Shown: positions 29,638 to 38,523 of the stretch, in pieces
How positions within the stretch are numbered: position 1 is the first letter of the stretch
How the letters are laid out: each line of letters begins with the position of its first letter
From: Minisyncoccota bacterium
GTDB taxonomy: Bacteria; Patescibacteriota; Minisyncoccia; Phycocordibacterales; JBAZVT01
Assembly (NCBI GenBank): GCA_041660745.1
Contig: JBAZVT010000002.1
Location: 15,210 to 79,209 of the forward strand
Direction: 5' to 3'
DNA length: 64,000 nt
The notes under the pieces: model-generated
What the model was told of the DNA's origin: nothing
Seen by the model: the letters and a program-made list of their open reading frames with translations, nothing else
Databases searched by the model: none
Position numbers and translations under genes: made by a program

Positions 29638-30207
29638 TTAATACTTCCTGATCACTCCCTTAACAATCGCTGCGATTTTGAGTTCTTCAGTAGGGTAAAT
29701 TGGTTTGTAGTTTTTGTTGGCAGGTTGTAGGTATACGAGTGTGCCTTTCTTGCGGTAATATTTCATTGTCCAACCCCCGTCTACTTCTGCGATAACAATA
29801 TCCATGTCCTTGGGTTCACCTTTGTTGCGCTCTACGATGACCAAATCACCCTCCTTTATACCTTCTTCTATCATTGAGTCGCCTTTGACTTCTAGGAGGT
29901 ATGACGAGTCCTTGTGCTTCACGAGGTAGTCATCAATACTGAGTGTGTCCGTAAGTTCTTCTTCTGTTGCAGAGGGGATTCCAGCTTCCACAAGTCCGAG
30001 AAGGGGAATTTCATCCAGTCGGTCTGCGGGGATGAGTTTACCTTTTGCATCCTTGGTTACCACACCCATCTCCACGAGTTTGTTCACGAGTTTGTACGCA
30101 GCGTTCTTTGACTTGAAACCGACGAGGTTCATGATCTCTTGATACCCGGGCATGCGCTTGTGTGTGCGGTAAAAAGAAATAATTTTATTTTTGTAGGAAT
30201 CGAACAT
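29638..30207 (-). CDS. lexA: LexA repressor
   Basis: N-terminal wHTH, VEAG cleavage site (A-G), VKGDSM catalytic Ser, TMK catalytic Lys. Confidence 0.92.
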   Translation of the reverse strand: MFDSYKNKIISFYRTHKRMPGYQEIMNLVGFKSKNAAYKLVNKLVEMGVVTKDAKGKLIPADRLDEIPLLGLVEAGIPSATEEELTDTLSIDDYLVKHKDSSYLLEVKGDSMIEEGIKEGDLVIVERNKGEPKDMDIVIAEVDGGWTMKYYRKKGTLVYLQPANKNYKPIYPTEELKIAAIVKGVIRKY

Positions 30208-30215
30208 TGTATTTT

Positions 30216-30425
30216 TTATAGTATAAAGGAGGAAACCGTACTAAATGTTTTCAAGAACCAGTGTGATTGGGCTCGGGTGGGGAGCTCACTCAAACGAGAG
30301 CGGAGAAACTTGTGTCGACGGGCTTCTTTTTCATACGAGAGACCCTTGATGATTTTCATATCAATAAGGTCATTCAATTTCTGCAATTCGCACGATATTG
30401 TTTTGTGTAATGTTTGGCTGCTCAT
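30216..30425 (-). CDS. Small hypothetical protein co-transcribed with lexA
   Basis: 69-aa ORF between the SOS-box promoter and lexA (8-bp gap). Confidence 0.7.
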   Translation of the reverse strand: MSSQTLHKTISCELQKLNDLIDMKIIKGLSYEKEARRHKFLRSRLSELPTRAQSHWFLKTFSTVSSFIL

Positions 30426-30467
30426 ATGTGTTAATAATTATTCTTGCACTAAAATTTATATACACAT

Positions 30468-30497
30468 AGTATAGGTGAACAAGTGTTCACCAGTCAA
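30468..30497 (-). promoter_or_regulatory. lexA operon promoter with GAAC-N4-GTTC SOS box
   Basis: Minus strand TTGACT (30497-30492) and TATACT (30473-30468); the spacer is the palindrome GGTGAAC-AAGT-GTTCACC. Confidence 0.8.
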
Positions 30498-30673
30498 CAG
30501 TGGATAACCCACTGCAACACAGGGGAGATGAAATCGCAATCCTATAGGCAAAAATATATTGGAAAAACATAGTTTTTTAGGATGAAATTGATTCACAGAA
30601 CTCTCACGGGGATATTGATAATTTTGGCATAAAAAGTAGTTGATAAAACTATTGTTAATTAATAAAAAATAAT

Positions 30674-30919
30674 ATGCCCAAATATGGTAAAAAAGTTGCA
30701 GAAAAAGTTAAAAAAGTTTTGCACGAATATAAACGCGGAAAATTAAAAATGGGAAAAAGTAACAAGATGGTGAAAAGTAGGAAGCAGGCTGTTGCTATAG
30801 GACTTTCCGAGGCTCGCAAAGAAGGCGCAAAAATGCCTCCACAGAAGTCTGGAGGCTTTTCTTTGCAACAAGTAATGTTAAAACAAAAACTCCCCATAAG
30901 GGAGTTTTTGTTTACTTAG
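30674..30919 (+). CDS. Small basic protein (DUF6496-like)
   Basis: KVKKVLHEYKRGKLKMG...VKSRKQAVAIGLSEARKEG; the C-terminal tail runs through hairpins and may be read-through. Confidence 0.75.
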   Translation: MPKYGKKVAEKVKKVLHEYKRGKLKMGKSNKMVKSRKQAVAIGLSEARKEGAKMPPQKSGGFSLQQVMLKQKLPIREFLFT

Positions 30920-31511
30920 GAGTATTTTTGCTGGCGGTCAAATAGATTAATGCTGTAATTACTGCACCAGACACATCCATGAACATATCTTTTTGCGCAT
31001 CCCAGATATCACCCTGTGAACCAAGAAAGGCTGCACCCGCACTTCCTCCGAAGAATTCTGCATACCACCATTCAATCCATTCGTAACAAACTGCAACAAA
31101 AGAAATTGCAAAAATCGCATATGTTGCCGCAATCCATTTTTTCGCAATGAGTCCTTTGCCGACAAGGAATTCAATAATAGGTAAAGCGTAGAAACCTACA
31201 GTGAAGTGACCAACTCGATCGAACATATTTCTTTGGAAACCAAAAAAGTTATTGAACCAGTCAAAAGGAACTAGTTCGAAGGTGTAGTGTCCTCCAATGG
31301 TGTGCCAGAATGGCAAAATAAACATGAGTAAATAGGCTGTGTTTGAAAAGCGAACTTTTCTCACATAGAGAAAAACAATAATGGCGACAAGTATTACAAT
31401 GGGCCCGTTTTCTGCATACCAAACATCACGAGAGAATGGATGTATTCCGGCAATAATAAACTCAACAATATAAACGAGTAATAATAGATGCGGAAAGTAT
31501 TTTTTTAACAT
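30912..31511 (-). CDS. DUF2238 (YjdF-like) membrane protein
   Basis: GGHYTFELVP, RNMFDRVGHF, YEWIEW, LGSQGDIWDAQKDM. Confidence 0.85.
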   Translation of the reverse strand: MLKKYFPHLLLLVYIVEFIIAGIHPFSRDVWYAENGPIVILVAIIVFLYVRKVRFSNTAYLLMFILPFWHTIGGHYTFELVPFDWFNNFFGFQRNMFDRVGHFTVGFYALPIIEFLVGKGLIAKKWIAATYAIFAISFVAVCYEWIEWWYAEFFGGSAGAAFLGSQGDIWDAQKDMFMDVSGAVITALIYLTASKNTPK

Positions 31512-31575
31512 ACACCTATTGTACCCTCATCTTAGTGAGTTGTTAACTGGTTACTTTTTAACTGTCCGTGCAGGT

Positions 31576-32148
31576 TTAGACTTTTAGTCTGCTACGAAAG
31601 CCTCTGCTGCCATAATATGATTCCGCACCATTGTGGTATACGAATACGTGGTCATAGCGACGATCGCAGAATAGTGCGCCTCCCAGTTTTCTAATTTCGG
31701 GAGGGGTTTTTACCCAGCTTGATGTTTTTGTATCAAAATCCTCAAATTTCTGCAGTTCTCGGTAGTCCTCTTCTGTTAAAAGCTCAACGCCCATGTCCTT
31801 CGCCATATCAACAGCATTATTTTTCGGCTTATTCTCTTTTCGTGATTGTAGAGCTGTATGATCGTAACAGGTATTTCTGCGTTCCGTAGGACTTTCCGCT
31901 GAAGAGTCTACGAAAATATATTCGCCCGTTTTTTTGATAAATCCAAAAACATCTGGTTCACCGCCAGTTCTCTCCATTTCGCTGAGTGACCACAGTTTTT
32001 CGGTATGAGCTAGAAGTCTATCTTGCACCTTTGTCCATGCGAGGTTTTTGTGACGATTCATGTTTTTCTCAAAACGAATTTTCAATACTGCGAGTATTTT
32101 TTCTCGTTGTTCCAAGGGTAACTTCTTTTTGTTGTTAGCATTTTTCAT
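31576..32148 (-). CDS. DUF4256 family protein
   Basis: RFEKNMNRH, MERTGGEPDV, DTKTSSW, YHNGAESYY. Confidence 0.85.
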   Translation of the reverse strand: MKNANNKKKLPLEQREKILAVLKIRFEKNMNRHKNLAWTKVQDRLLAHTEKLWSLSEMERTGGEPDVFGFIKKTGEYIFVDSSAESPTERRNTCYDHTALQSRKENKPKNNAVDMAKDMGVELLTEEDYRELQKFEDFDTKTSSWVKTPPEIRKLGGALFCDRRYDHVFVYHNGAESYYGSRGFRSRLKV

Positions 32149-32233
32149 GCGGTTATTGTATTTCGGTTGGAAAACTTACATACTATTTTTTTGATTTTTA
32201 AAGTGAGAATTCAGATTTCAGCATTAGATGATA

Positions 32234-32977
32234 TTACTCTTTCTTAAAACCTGTAAAAGCTTTCACGATTTCAAGGGGGAGAGTAAAGATGACTGTATTT
32301 GATTGGTCGGATGAAATATCGTTAATTGCCTGAAGTGTACGTAGATGTAATGCGCCATCTGATGCTGCAAGAATTTTGGCAGCTTGAGCCATGTTTTGTG
32401 CTGCGGCAAGTTCTCCCTCAGAGGTGATAATAACCGCCCGTTTTTCTCGTTCTGCTTCTGCCTGCTTCGCAATAGTGCGTTCCATATTTTCAGGAAGTTT
32501 AATATCTTTAAGCTCAACATTGTTAACTTTTAAACCCCATGCATCAGTTTCTTTATCTACAATTTCTCGTATTCTATCTGCTATTTTTTCGCGACCTGCG
32601 AGAAGCTCGTCCAAGGTTACTTCACCGACCATATTTCTCATTGTGGTCTGAGCATATTGAGAGACGGCATAATAAAAATTCTCAACTTCTATTATTGCCT
32701 TTTCGGCAGAAGAAACTTTGTAATAAATAACTGCATTTACAGCAACCGAAACGTTGTCACGAGTAATTGCATTTTGATCTGGCACGTCGACAGCTTTTAC
32801 GCGCATATCGACTTTTTGATACGTCTGAAAAATTGGGATGATTAGTCTCCAGCCAGGTTCCATAATTCCGACAAATTTACCAATGGTAAATTTTACACCT
32901 CGTTCATATTGATTAATCTGCTTTATACTTAGGAGAAGTATAATAATAACTATCACGGCAATAATTAATGTTGGCAT
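32234..32977 (-). CDS. SPFH/band 7 (slipin) membrane protein
   Basis: ITRDNV, AQTTMRN, QAEAEREKRA, LRTLQ. Confidence 0.92.
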   Translation of the reverse strand: MPTLIIAVIVIIILLLSIKQINQYERGVKFTIGKFVGIMEPGWRLIIPIFQTYQKVDMRVKAVDVPDQNAITRDNVSVAVNAVIYYKVSSAEKAIIEVENFYYAVSQYAQTTMRNMVGEVTLDELLAGREKIADRIREIVDKETDAWGLKVNNVELKDIKLPENMERTIAKQAEAEREKRAVIITSEGELAAAQNMAQAAKILAASDGALHLRTLQAINDISSDQSNTVIFTLPLEIVKAFTGFKKE

Positions 32978-33177
32978 AGGATTAGTTAATTAATACAAAA
33001 CTAAACATATACCCCGTGTGTGAATAAATTAAGAAGAGAAAAGAGGTGGTTTTGCAGCCTTTCCTAAGTTTGATGCGAGGCTTGTATTGTGAGTATTTTT
33101 CTATAGGGTTAAATTAAAAATAGCTTCCGCTCTAGAGGAGAAGGGAAGTTTTGAAATTGTTGTTAAAAATCATGACG

Positions 33178-33344
33178 GACCTTATTGCCGACGTAGAGCG
33201 AATGAAGTGAAAAAATTCTGACTTTTTCACTTCTGAGCCGAGGAAGGCATCAAAGGGTAAATACCCCGCTCCTTGGAGCGGTAAAGGGTGAGCAAAGCGA
33301 ACACTTTATGTGTCCAGAGCTTGCTCTGGAGTTTAATACCCTTT
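33178..33344. repeat. Palindrome-rich REP-like element abutting the pentapeptide gene stop
   Basis: CCGCTCC-TT-GGAGCGG and TCCAGAGC-TT-GCTCTGGA hairpins bracketed by AAAGGGTA/TACCCTTT; further hairpin GAAGTGAAAAA..TTTTTCACTTC. Confidence 0.6.
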
Positions 33345-34004
33345 ATTCGTAACTCCCATTAATCGCACGATGTATATGGTTTGGGAATAATCAACAGTTA
33401 AACTCCTAAGCTGTTCTAGGGCAATTTTTATACCCTCGATTTTTGATCCACAAATATTAACCTTTTTCATTTTTGCCTGAGAAAAGTCGGTGTTGGTCAT
33501 GTCTGAATCAAAAAATATCACATTTTCCAATTCTGCTCCTACGAAATCAGTATCAGTTAAAATACAACTTTCAAAATAGACGTTTTTTAATTTTGAAAAT
33601 CTGAAAAGTGATAAATCTACTTTGCAATTTTTAAAGGTGATATCTCTCAGTCGGGCACCGCTCATGTGCAGTCCTGTTAAACGTGAATTCGTGATTGAGG
33701 TCCTGTCCAGGTTAGACTCTTCCAGGTTGGCGTTCGCCAGGTTCAATTTTTCTGCAACGATGTCATTTAGTTTGAAACCTTTGAGGAGGGAATTGGAGAG
33801 ATCTATATTTTTTATCAACGAAGAATAAAAAGATACATCAGTAGCTTTTGATCCTTGTAAATCAGTATCTTTTAAATACACACCTTCGCACGAAAAATCG
33901 TTTTCTAACTTTTGTATCTCAATAACTTTCAGTTCGCTGGTTTTTGGCAAAATCGGGTTTTCTGGATATTTTTCTTTTTCGTTTGTGGTTACGACGCGGG
34001 GCAT
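33333..34004 (-). CDS. Pentapeptide repeat protein
   Basis: Tandem A(D/N)LXX-type repeats (NLANANLEESNLD, TDFVGAELENV). Confidence 0.88.
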   Translation of the reverse strand: MPRVVTTNEKEKYPENPILPKTSELKVIEIQKLENDFSCEGVYLKDTDLQGSKATDVSFYSSLIKNIDLSNSLLKGFKLNDIVAEKLNLANANLEESNLDRTSITNSRLTGLHMSGARLRDITFKNCKVDLSLFRFSKLKNVYFESCILTDTDFVGAELENVIFFDSDMTNTDFSQAKMKKVNICGSKIEGIKIALEQLRSLTVDYSQTIYIVRLMGVTNKGY

Positions 34005-34401
34005 AAAATAAATTTTGATTATAAAAAGTTGTTTATAGAAAAATAAGACAAAAACTCCCACCCCGTTCCGCCACTTTCGCAGTTTTCTTAGGGGTGAGAG
34101 TTTTTGTGCCAGCGTACCCCCTTGAGTTCTCTACTGTTATCACCAACCATTGGTGTTGCTAAGAGCCTTCTTCTCTTCAGGGTATCTTTTCTATTATACT
34201 CAGATAAACGAATCGCTTCGTACTTTCGCAGTCGTTAGACCAGCTAACTTTACTTCGGGGTTGCTCAAAGGAGTCAACCTATCTGTTTGATATGATACCG
34301 TAATGTTTTTTAAATAACAGGTTGCGTGAGTAGAAAAAGTGTGTTTTATTATAAAAAGAGACCGCGGTCAAGTTAGTTGACGTGATTTTATAAAATGTTT
34401 T

Positions 34402-34833
34402 TTATTTCTTTGTGGTTTTGTGATCAATTTTTATCTCAGCTCCTGAAGGTATTAATTCATTGATTATATTGTCAACAGTAATGTTTCTAGGTCTCTTATA
34501 TAGAGAACATATTAGCCATACGAAACTAATTACCGCAGTAATAAGAAAAACTGCTTGCCATACAAATTTTGAAAAAAGTGCATCTTTAAACTCGGTTGTT
34601 GGGAAAATTACACATATAGTTAGAAAGATTCCAAACGGAACTTGCCATGCGCGCCTGTCTTCTAGTTTGTTTAAACTTTTCATCAAACAAATTCTGATTT
34701 TACTTTCATAAAGATAAACCACACGCTCACTTAAATTTGAATGCGTAGACAAATTCTCAACAATTTTTCCTTGAAGTTCTTTTGTTACTGGACTTATTGT
34801 CACCGCTTGTTGTTGGCGTTTACGCTTGCTCAT
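34402..34833 (-). CDS. Hypothetical two-TM protein
   Basis: 143-aa AT-rich ORF overlapping the upstream ORF. Confidence 0.7.
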   Translation of the reverse strand: MSKRKRQQQAVTISPVTKELQGKIVENLSTHSNLSERVVYLYESKIRICLMKSLNKLEDRRAWQVPFGIFLTICVIFPTTEFKDALFSKFVWQAVFLITAVISFVWLICSLYKRPRNITVDNIINELIPSGAEIKIDHKTTKK

Positions 34834-35095
34834 TGTTTGGTTGAGATTGTTCTGGCAGTATTCCTAATACCCCAACAGCATGATGACTTAAAAAGCCACA
34901 GCGATTACATACAACTGCAATAGACGGAATCGACGGCCCTCCTATAATCACATTATTGCTTATTTGAGGCTGAAAGGAGTGATTAAAGTAACCATCAATC
35001 AAAGAAAAGTTACTATTTCCACATCTAGGACATGGGAGTCTTGCCTCTCTACTTTCTAAAGCTTGAATAATTCGGGTACGTTCCTGGGGGTTCAT
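34820..35095 (-). CDS. Hypothetical Zn-ribbon protein
   Basis: CPRCG...CNRCG. Confidence 0.72.
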   Translation of the reverse strand: MNPQERTRIIQALESREARLPCPRCGNSNFSLIDGYFNHSFQPQISNNVIIGGPSIPSIAVVCNRCGFLSHHAVGVLGILPEQSQPNNEQA

Positions 35096-35169
35096 GTTGG
35101 TTATTATTTTATAATAAAAACGTTTCAAGTATAGCTCTCTGGCCTAACCCGACAACATGCTAACTCGTG

Positions 35170-35240
35170 CTGCGGGGCTTGGACTCGAACCAAGATACCA
35201 TGCTCCAGAGGCATGTGTCCTACCATTAGACGATCCCGCA
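35170..35240 (-). tRNA. tRNA-Gln(CTG)
   Basis: TGCGGGA...CATGC-CTCTGGA-GCATG...GGTTCGAGTCC...CCCCGCA-G; U1-A72. Confidence 0.92.
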
Positions 35241-35358
35241 ATTGATGTTTCTACACAATACTAGAAAAACCCGCTTTTTTCAAGTGTGTGAGGTCGGTTG
35301 GGGAGAGTGATCGTCGATTTGTGAAGAAATGGCGAAAGGCGTACAATATCTAAATACT

Positions 35359-38300
35359 ATGCAAGAATACCTCAAAAATATTGCAGTTAAATTTTCTGAC
35401 CCACAAACAAGTGAAATGGGTTATCGAACTGATCTTGAGAATCTTTTGGTAAAGATTTTTCCAAAAGATAAAAAATATCAGATACATCATGATGCGAAAG
35501 CTGTTGGAGGAAATAAGCCCGATTTTGTTATTTTGAAAGATGGTGTGCCTCTGTTATATATAGAAGCGAAAGATATTGGTGTCAGTTTAGATAAAGTAGA
35601 AAAGAGTGATCAAATGGATCGTTATTTTGGTTATAATAATCTTGTGCTGACAGATTACGTTGAATTTCGTTTTTATCGAAACGGTGAAAGATATGGTGAG
35701 CCTGTTGCTATCTCTACATTTGATAAGACATATCGGACAATAGTAGAACTTAGTCATAATTTTTCTTTACTTTCAAAAACCATTGTGGATTTTGCTGCTT
35801 CCCACAAGGAGCCCATAAAACGTGGAAAACACTTAGCACAGATTATGGGAGGTAAAGCTCAGCGTATTCGGGATAATGTGAAGGAAATGCTCGTTGTGAC
35901 TTCAGATGCGTATGCCGACCTTCTTAAAATGCGTGATGTGGTCAAGGAACATCTCGTCTCAAGTCTTGACGATGAGTCGTTTGCCGATATGTATGCGCAG
36001 ACTCTGGTGTATGGACTTTTTGCCGCTCGGTACAATGATAAGACCGCAGATAATTTTTCACGTGCTGAGGCTCGAGAGCTTGTGCCTAAAACAAACCCAT
36101 TTCTTCGATCATTTTTTGATCATATAGCCGGAGAATCTTTTCCGGACAGACTTGGATTTATTGTTGATGAGTTATGTGAAGTTTTTACCCATGCAGATGT
36201 GCATAGATTAATGCATGAATATTTTACACAGGGAAAAATCTCTGGCGGGGTACATACGAGTCCTGATCCAGTCATCCATTTCTATGAAGATTTTCTGCGT
36301 GAGTATGATACAAAAAAGAAGATGGAAATGGGTGTTTTCTATACACCGCGCCCAGTCGTGCAGTTTATTGTGCGGGCAGTAGATAGTATTCTTAAAAGTG
36401 AATTTGGACTTGAAAAAGGTTTAACCGACACAACAAAAATTTCTGTTGAGAAAAAAGAAACGAACGAAAAAGGTAAAGAGGTAAAAGTTCAAAAAGAATA
36501 TCACAAAGTTCAAGTACTTGATGTAGCGACTGGTACGGGCACTTTTTTGAATGAAGTAATTACTCATATTTATAGTAGCTTTAAAGGTCAAGAAGGTGGG
36601 TGGCCTGCGTATGTTGAAAATGACCTTCTGCCACGACTACACGGCTTTGAGTTGATGATGGCTTCATATACTATTGCTCATTTGAAATTGGGTATGACAC
36701 TTCATGATACTGGCGCTGGGGGAATTAATAAAAGATTGGGTGTTTATTTAACAAATACACTTGAAGAGGCAAAAAATTCCATATGGGGTAATAATAGCTT
36801 ATTTGTGGGTGTGCAAGAAAGTATCACCAAAGAGGCAATTGAGGCTTCGCGCGTTAAGTCAGATTATCCGATAATGTGTGTAATTGGAAACCCGCCATAT
36901 TCCGGCATTTCTATGAACAGGCATTATACAGATAATAATGTGTATAAAGTGGAACCGGGAGGCTTGCAGAAGCTTCAAGAGAAGAAAAATTGGCTTGATG
37001 ATGATTATGTAAAATTTATTAGATTTGCAGAAAGTTTGGTTGAGAAGAATGGTGAGGGGGTCGTGGGAATGATTACTGCACATGGATATATTGATAATCC
37101 TACGTTTCGTGGGATGCGTTGGCATTTAAGGAAAACCTTTGACAAGATTTATGTTATTGATTTGCATGGAAATAGTAACAAAAAAGAAACTGCTCCCGAT
37201 GGCGGAAAAGATGAAAATGTTTTTGATATTAAAACGGGAGTTTCAATGATCTTGGCAATAAAAAATTCTCCCGATGTAAAAAGTAAGAAACTCGGGCAAG
37301 TTTATCAAACTGATTTTTATGGATTGCGAGAAAGTAAATATGAACGCTTGGATGTAGAAAGTATTGAGTCAATTAAATGGAACGAATTACCTGAAAATAC
37401 GGAAGTCTGGCGTGTTGAAGGTAAAGGAAAAAGTGAATACCAGAAAGGCTTTTCTGTTGCAGAATTGTTTCCTAAAAATACCACAGGGATAGTCACTATG
37501 GGGGATAGTTTTATCGTTGACAAAGACAAAGAAATTCTTACAAAGAGAGTTCGGGAATTTTTGTATAACAACGTTTTAGAAAATGAATTAAAGTTTAAAT
37601 ATAATCTTGGTAAAAACTATGCAAAGTGGGTTATTGATAATAAGAAAAAAATTCAAGATGATCCAAGTAAAATAGCTTCACTTTTGTATCGTCCTTTTGA
37701 TAGTAGATATACTTATTTTGATAAAAATTTAGTATGGAGAACACGCGATCAGGTTATGATTCAACTAGTTAATAGGGAAAATATTGCTTTCATTGCCTCT
37801 CGGATAAACAGGCAGGCTAGTCTTGGATACTTCTTTGTAACGAAGACTCTTACAGATTTTCATGTTTTAGACAATGCTCAAGATTCAACTTCAGTTTTTC
37901 CTCTTTATCTTTACGACGAACGAGGAGAAAAGATTCCAAACATTAATAAGGCAATTTGGCAAAAAATAAATGAACTAGTGGGAGAGACTATTCCTGAAAA
38001 TATTTTGGACTATGTTTACGCGTACTTACATTCACCGAATTATCGCGATAAGTATAAAGAGTTTCTAAAGATAGATTTTCCTCGTGTTCCATTCCCTAAA
38101 AATAAGGAAGAGTTCTGGAATCTTGTCCCGCTCGGTACAAAACTTCGTGAGCTGCATTTAATGACTTCGTCAGAGTGCAATAAGCTTATAACCACATATC
38201 CTGTAACTGGGGGCGATGTCGTAGAAAAAATAAAATACGAGAAAGAGAAAGTATATATTAATAATACGCAGTATTTTGGGAATGTCCCTAAAGTCGCTTG

Positions 38301-38463
38301 GGATTTCTATATTGGGGGTTATCAACCTGCTCAGAAATGGCTTAAAGATCGTAAGGATAAAAAACTTTCAAATGAAGATATCGAACACTATCAAAAAATG
38401 ATTGTGGTATTGGTGGAAACCGATAGAATCATGAAAGAAATCGATAAAACTTTTGAAAATTAA
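35359..38463 (+). CDS. Single-polypeptide restriction-modification enzyme (Type IIG / ISP-like N6-adenine MTase with N-terminal PD-(D/E)xK nuclease)
   Basis: KPDF...IEAK nuclease motif; GVFYTP; LDVATGTGTF motif I; GNPPY motif IV; C-terminal specificity region (YRPFD, FPRVP, IGGYQPAQKWLKDRK); no helicase motifs. Confidence 0.88.
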   Translation: MQEYLKNIAVKFSDPQTSEMGYRTDLENLLVKIFPKDKKYQIHHDAKAVGGNKPDFVILKDGVPLLYIEAKDIGVSLDKVEKSDQMDRYFGYNNLVLTDYVEFRFYRNGERYGEPVAISTFDKTYRTIVELSHNFSLLSKTIVDFAASHKEPIKRGKHLAQIMGGKAQRIRDNVKEMLVVTSDAYADLLKMRDVVKEHLVSSLDDESFADMYAQTLVYGLFAARYNDKTADNFSRAEARELVPKTNPFLRSFFDHIAGESFPDRLGFIVDELCEVFTHADVHRLMHEYFTQGKISGGVHTSPDPVIHFYEDFLREYDTKKKMEMGVFYTPRPVVQFIVRAVDSILKSEFGLEKGLTDTTKISVEKKETNEKGKEVKVQKEYHKVQVLDVATGTGTFLNEVITHIYSSFKGQEGGWPAYVENDLLPRLHGFELMMASYTIAHLKLGMTLHDTGAGGINKRLGVYLTNTLEEAKNSIWGNNSLFVGVQESITKEAIEASRVKSDYPIMCVIGNPPYSGISMNRHYTDNNVYKVEPGGLQKLQEKKNWLDDDYVKFIRFAESLVEKNGEGVVGMITAHGYIDNPTFRGMRWHLRKTFDKIYVIDLHGNSNKKETAPDGGKDENVFDIKTGVSMILAIKNSPDVKSKKLGQVYQTDFYGLRESKYERLDVESIESIKWNELPENTEVWRVEGKGKSEYQKGFSVAELFPKNTTGIVTMGDSFIVDKDKEILTKRVREFLYNNVLENELKFKYNLGKNYAKWVIDNKKKIQDDPSKIASLLYRPFDSRYTYFDKNLVWRTRDQVMIQLVNRENIAFIASRINRQASLGYFFVTKTLTDFHVLDNAQDSTSVFPLYLYDERGEKIPNINKAIWQKINELVGETIPENILDYVYAYLHSPNYRDKYKEFLKIDFPRVPFPKNKEEFWNLVPLGTKLRELHLMTSSECNKLITTYPVTGGDVVEKIKYEKEKVYINNTQYFGNVPKVAWDFYIGGYQPAQKWLKDRKDKKLSNEDIEHYQKMIVVLVETDRIMKEIDKTFEN

Positions 38464-38470
38464 TTATTAG

Positions 38471-38507
38471 TTATCCACAGATGTTTTGCCGATATCGGCA
38501 AAACATC
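38471..38507. promoter_or_regulatory. DnaA box plus perfect 28-bp palindrome upstream of dinD
   Basis: TTATCCACA followed directly by GATGTTTTGCCGAT-ATCGGCAAAACATC. Confidence 0.55.
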
Positions 38508-38523
38508 AAAAAATAATAAAAAT

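Noticed and set aside
34215-34260. c-di-GMP-I riboswitch (GTAAAG...GGTCTAA resemblance on the minus strand)
   Set aside because: The GGCAAA/GNRA P2 elements and P1 are not evident, and an alternative local hairpin explains the sequence.
33333-35240. Prophage or island integrated at tRNA-Gln
   Set aside because: I found no duplicated tRNA-Gln 3' end and no integrase or phage genes.
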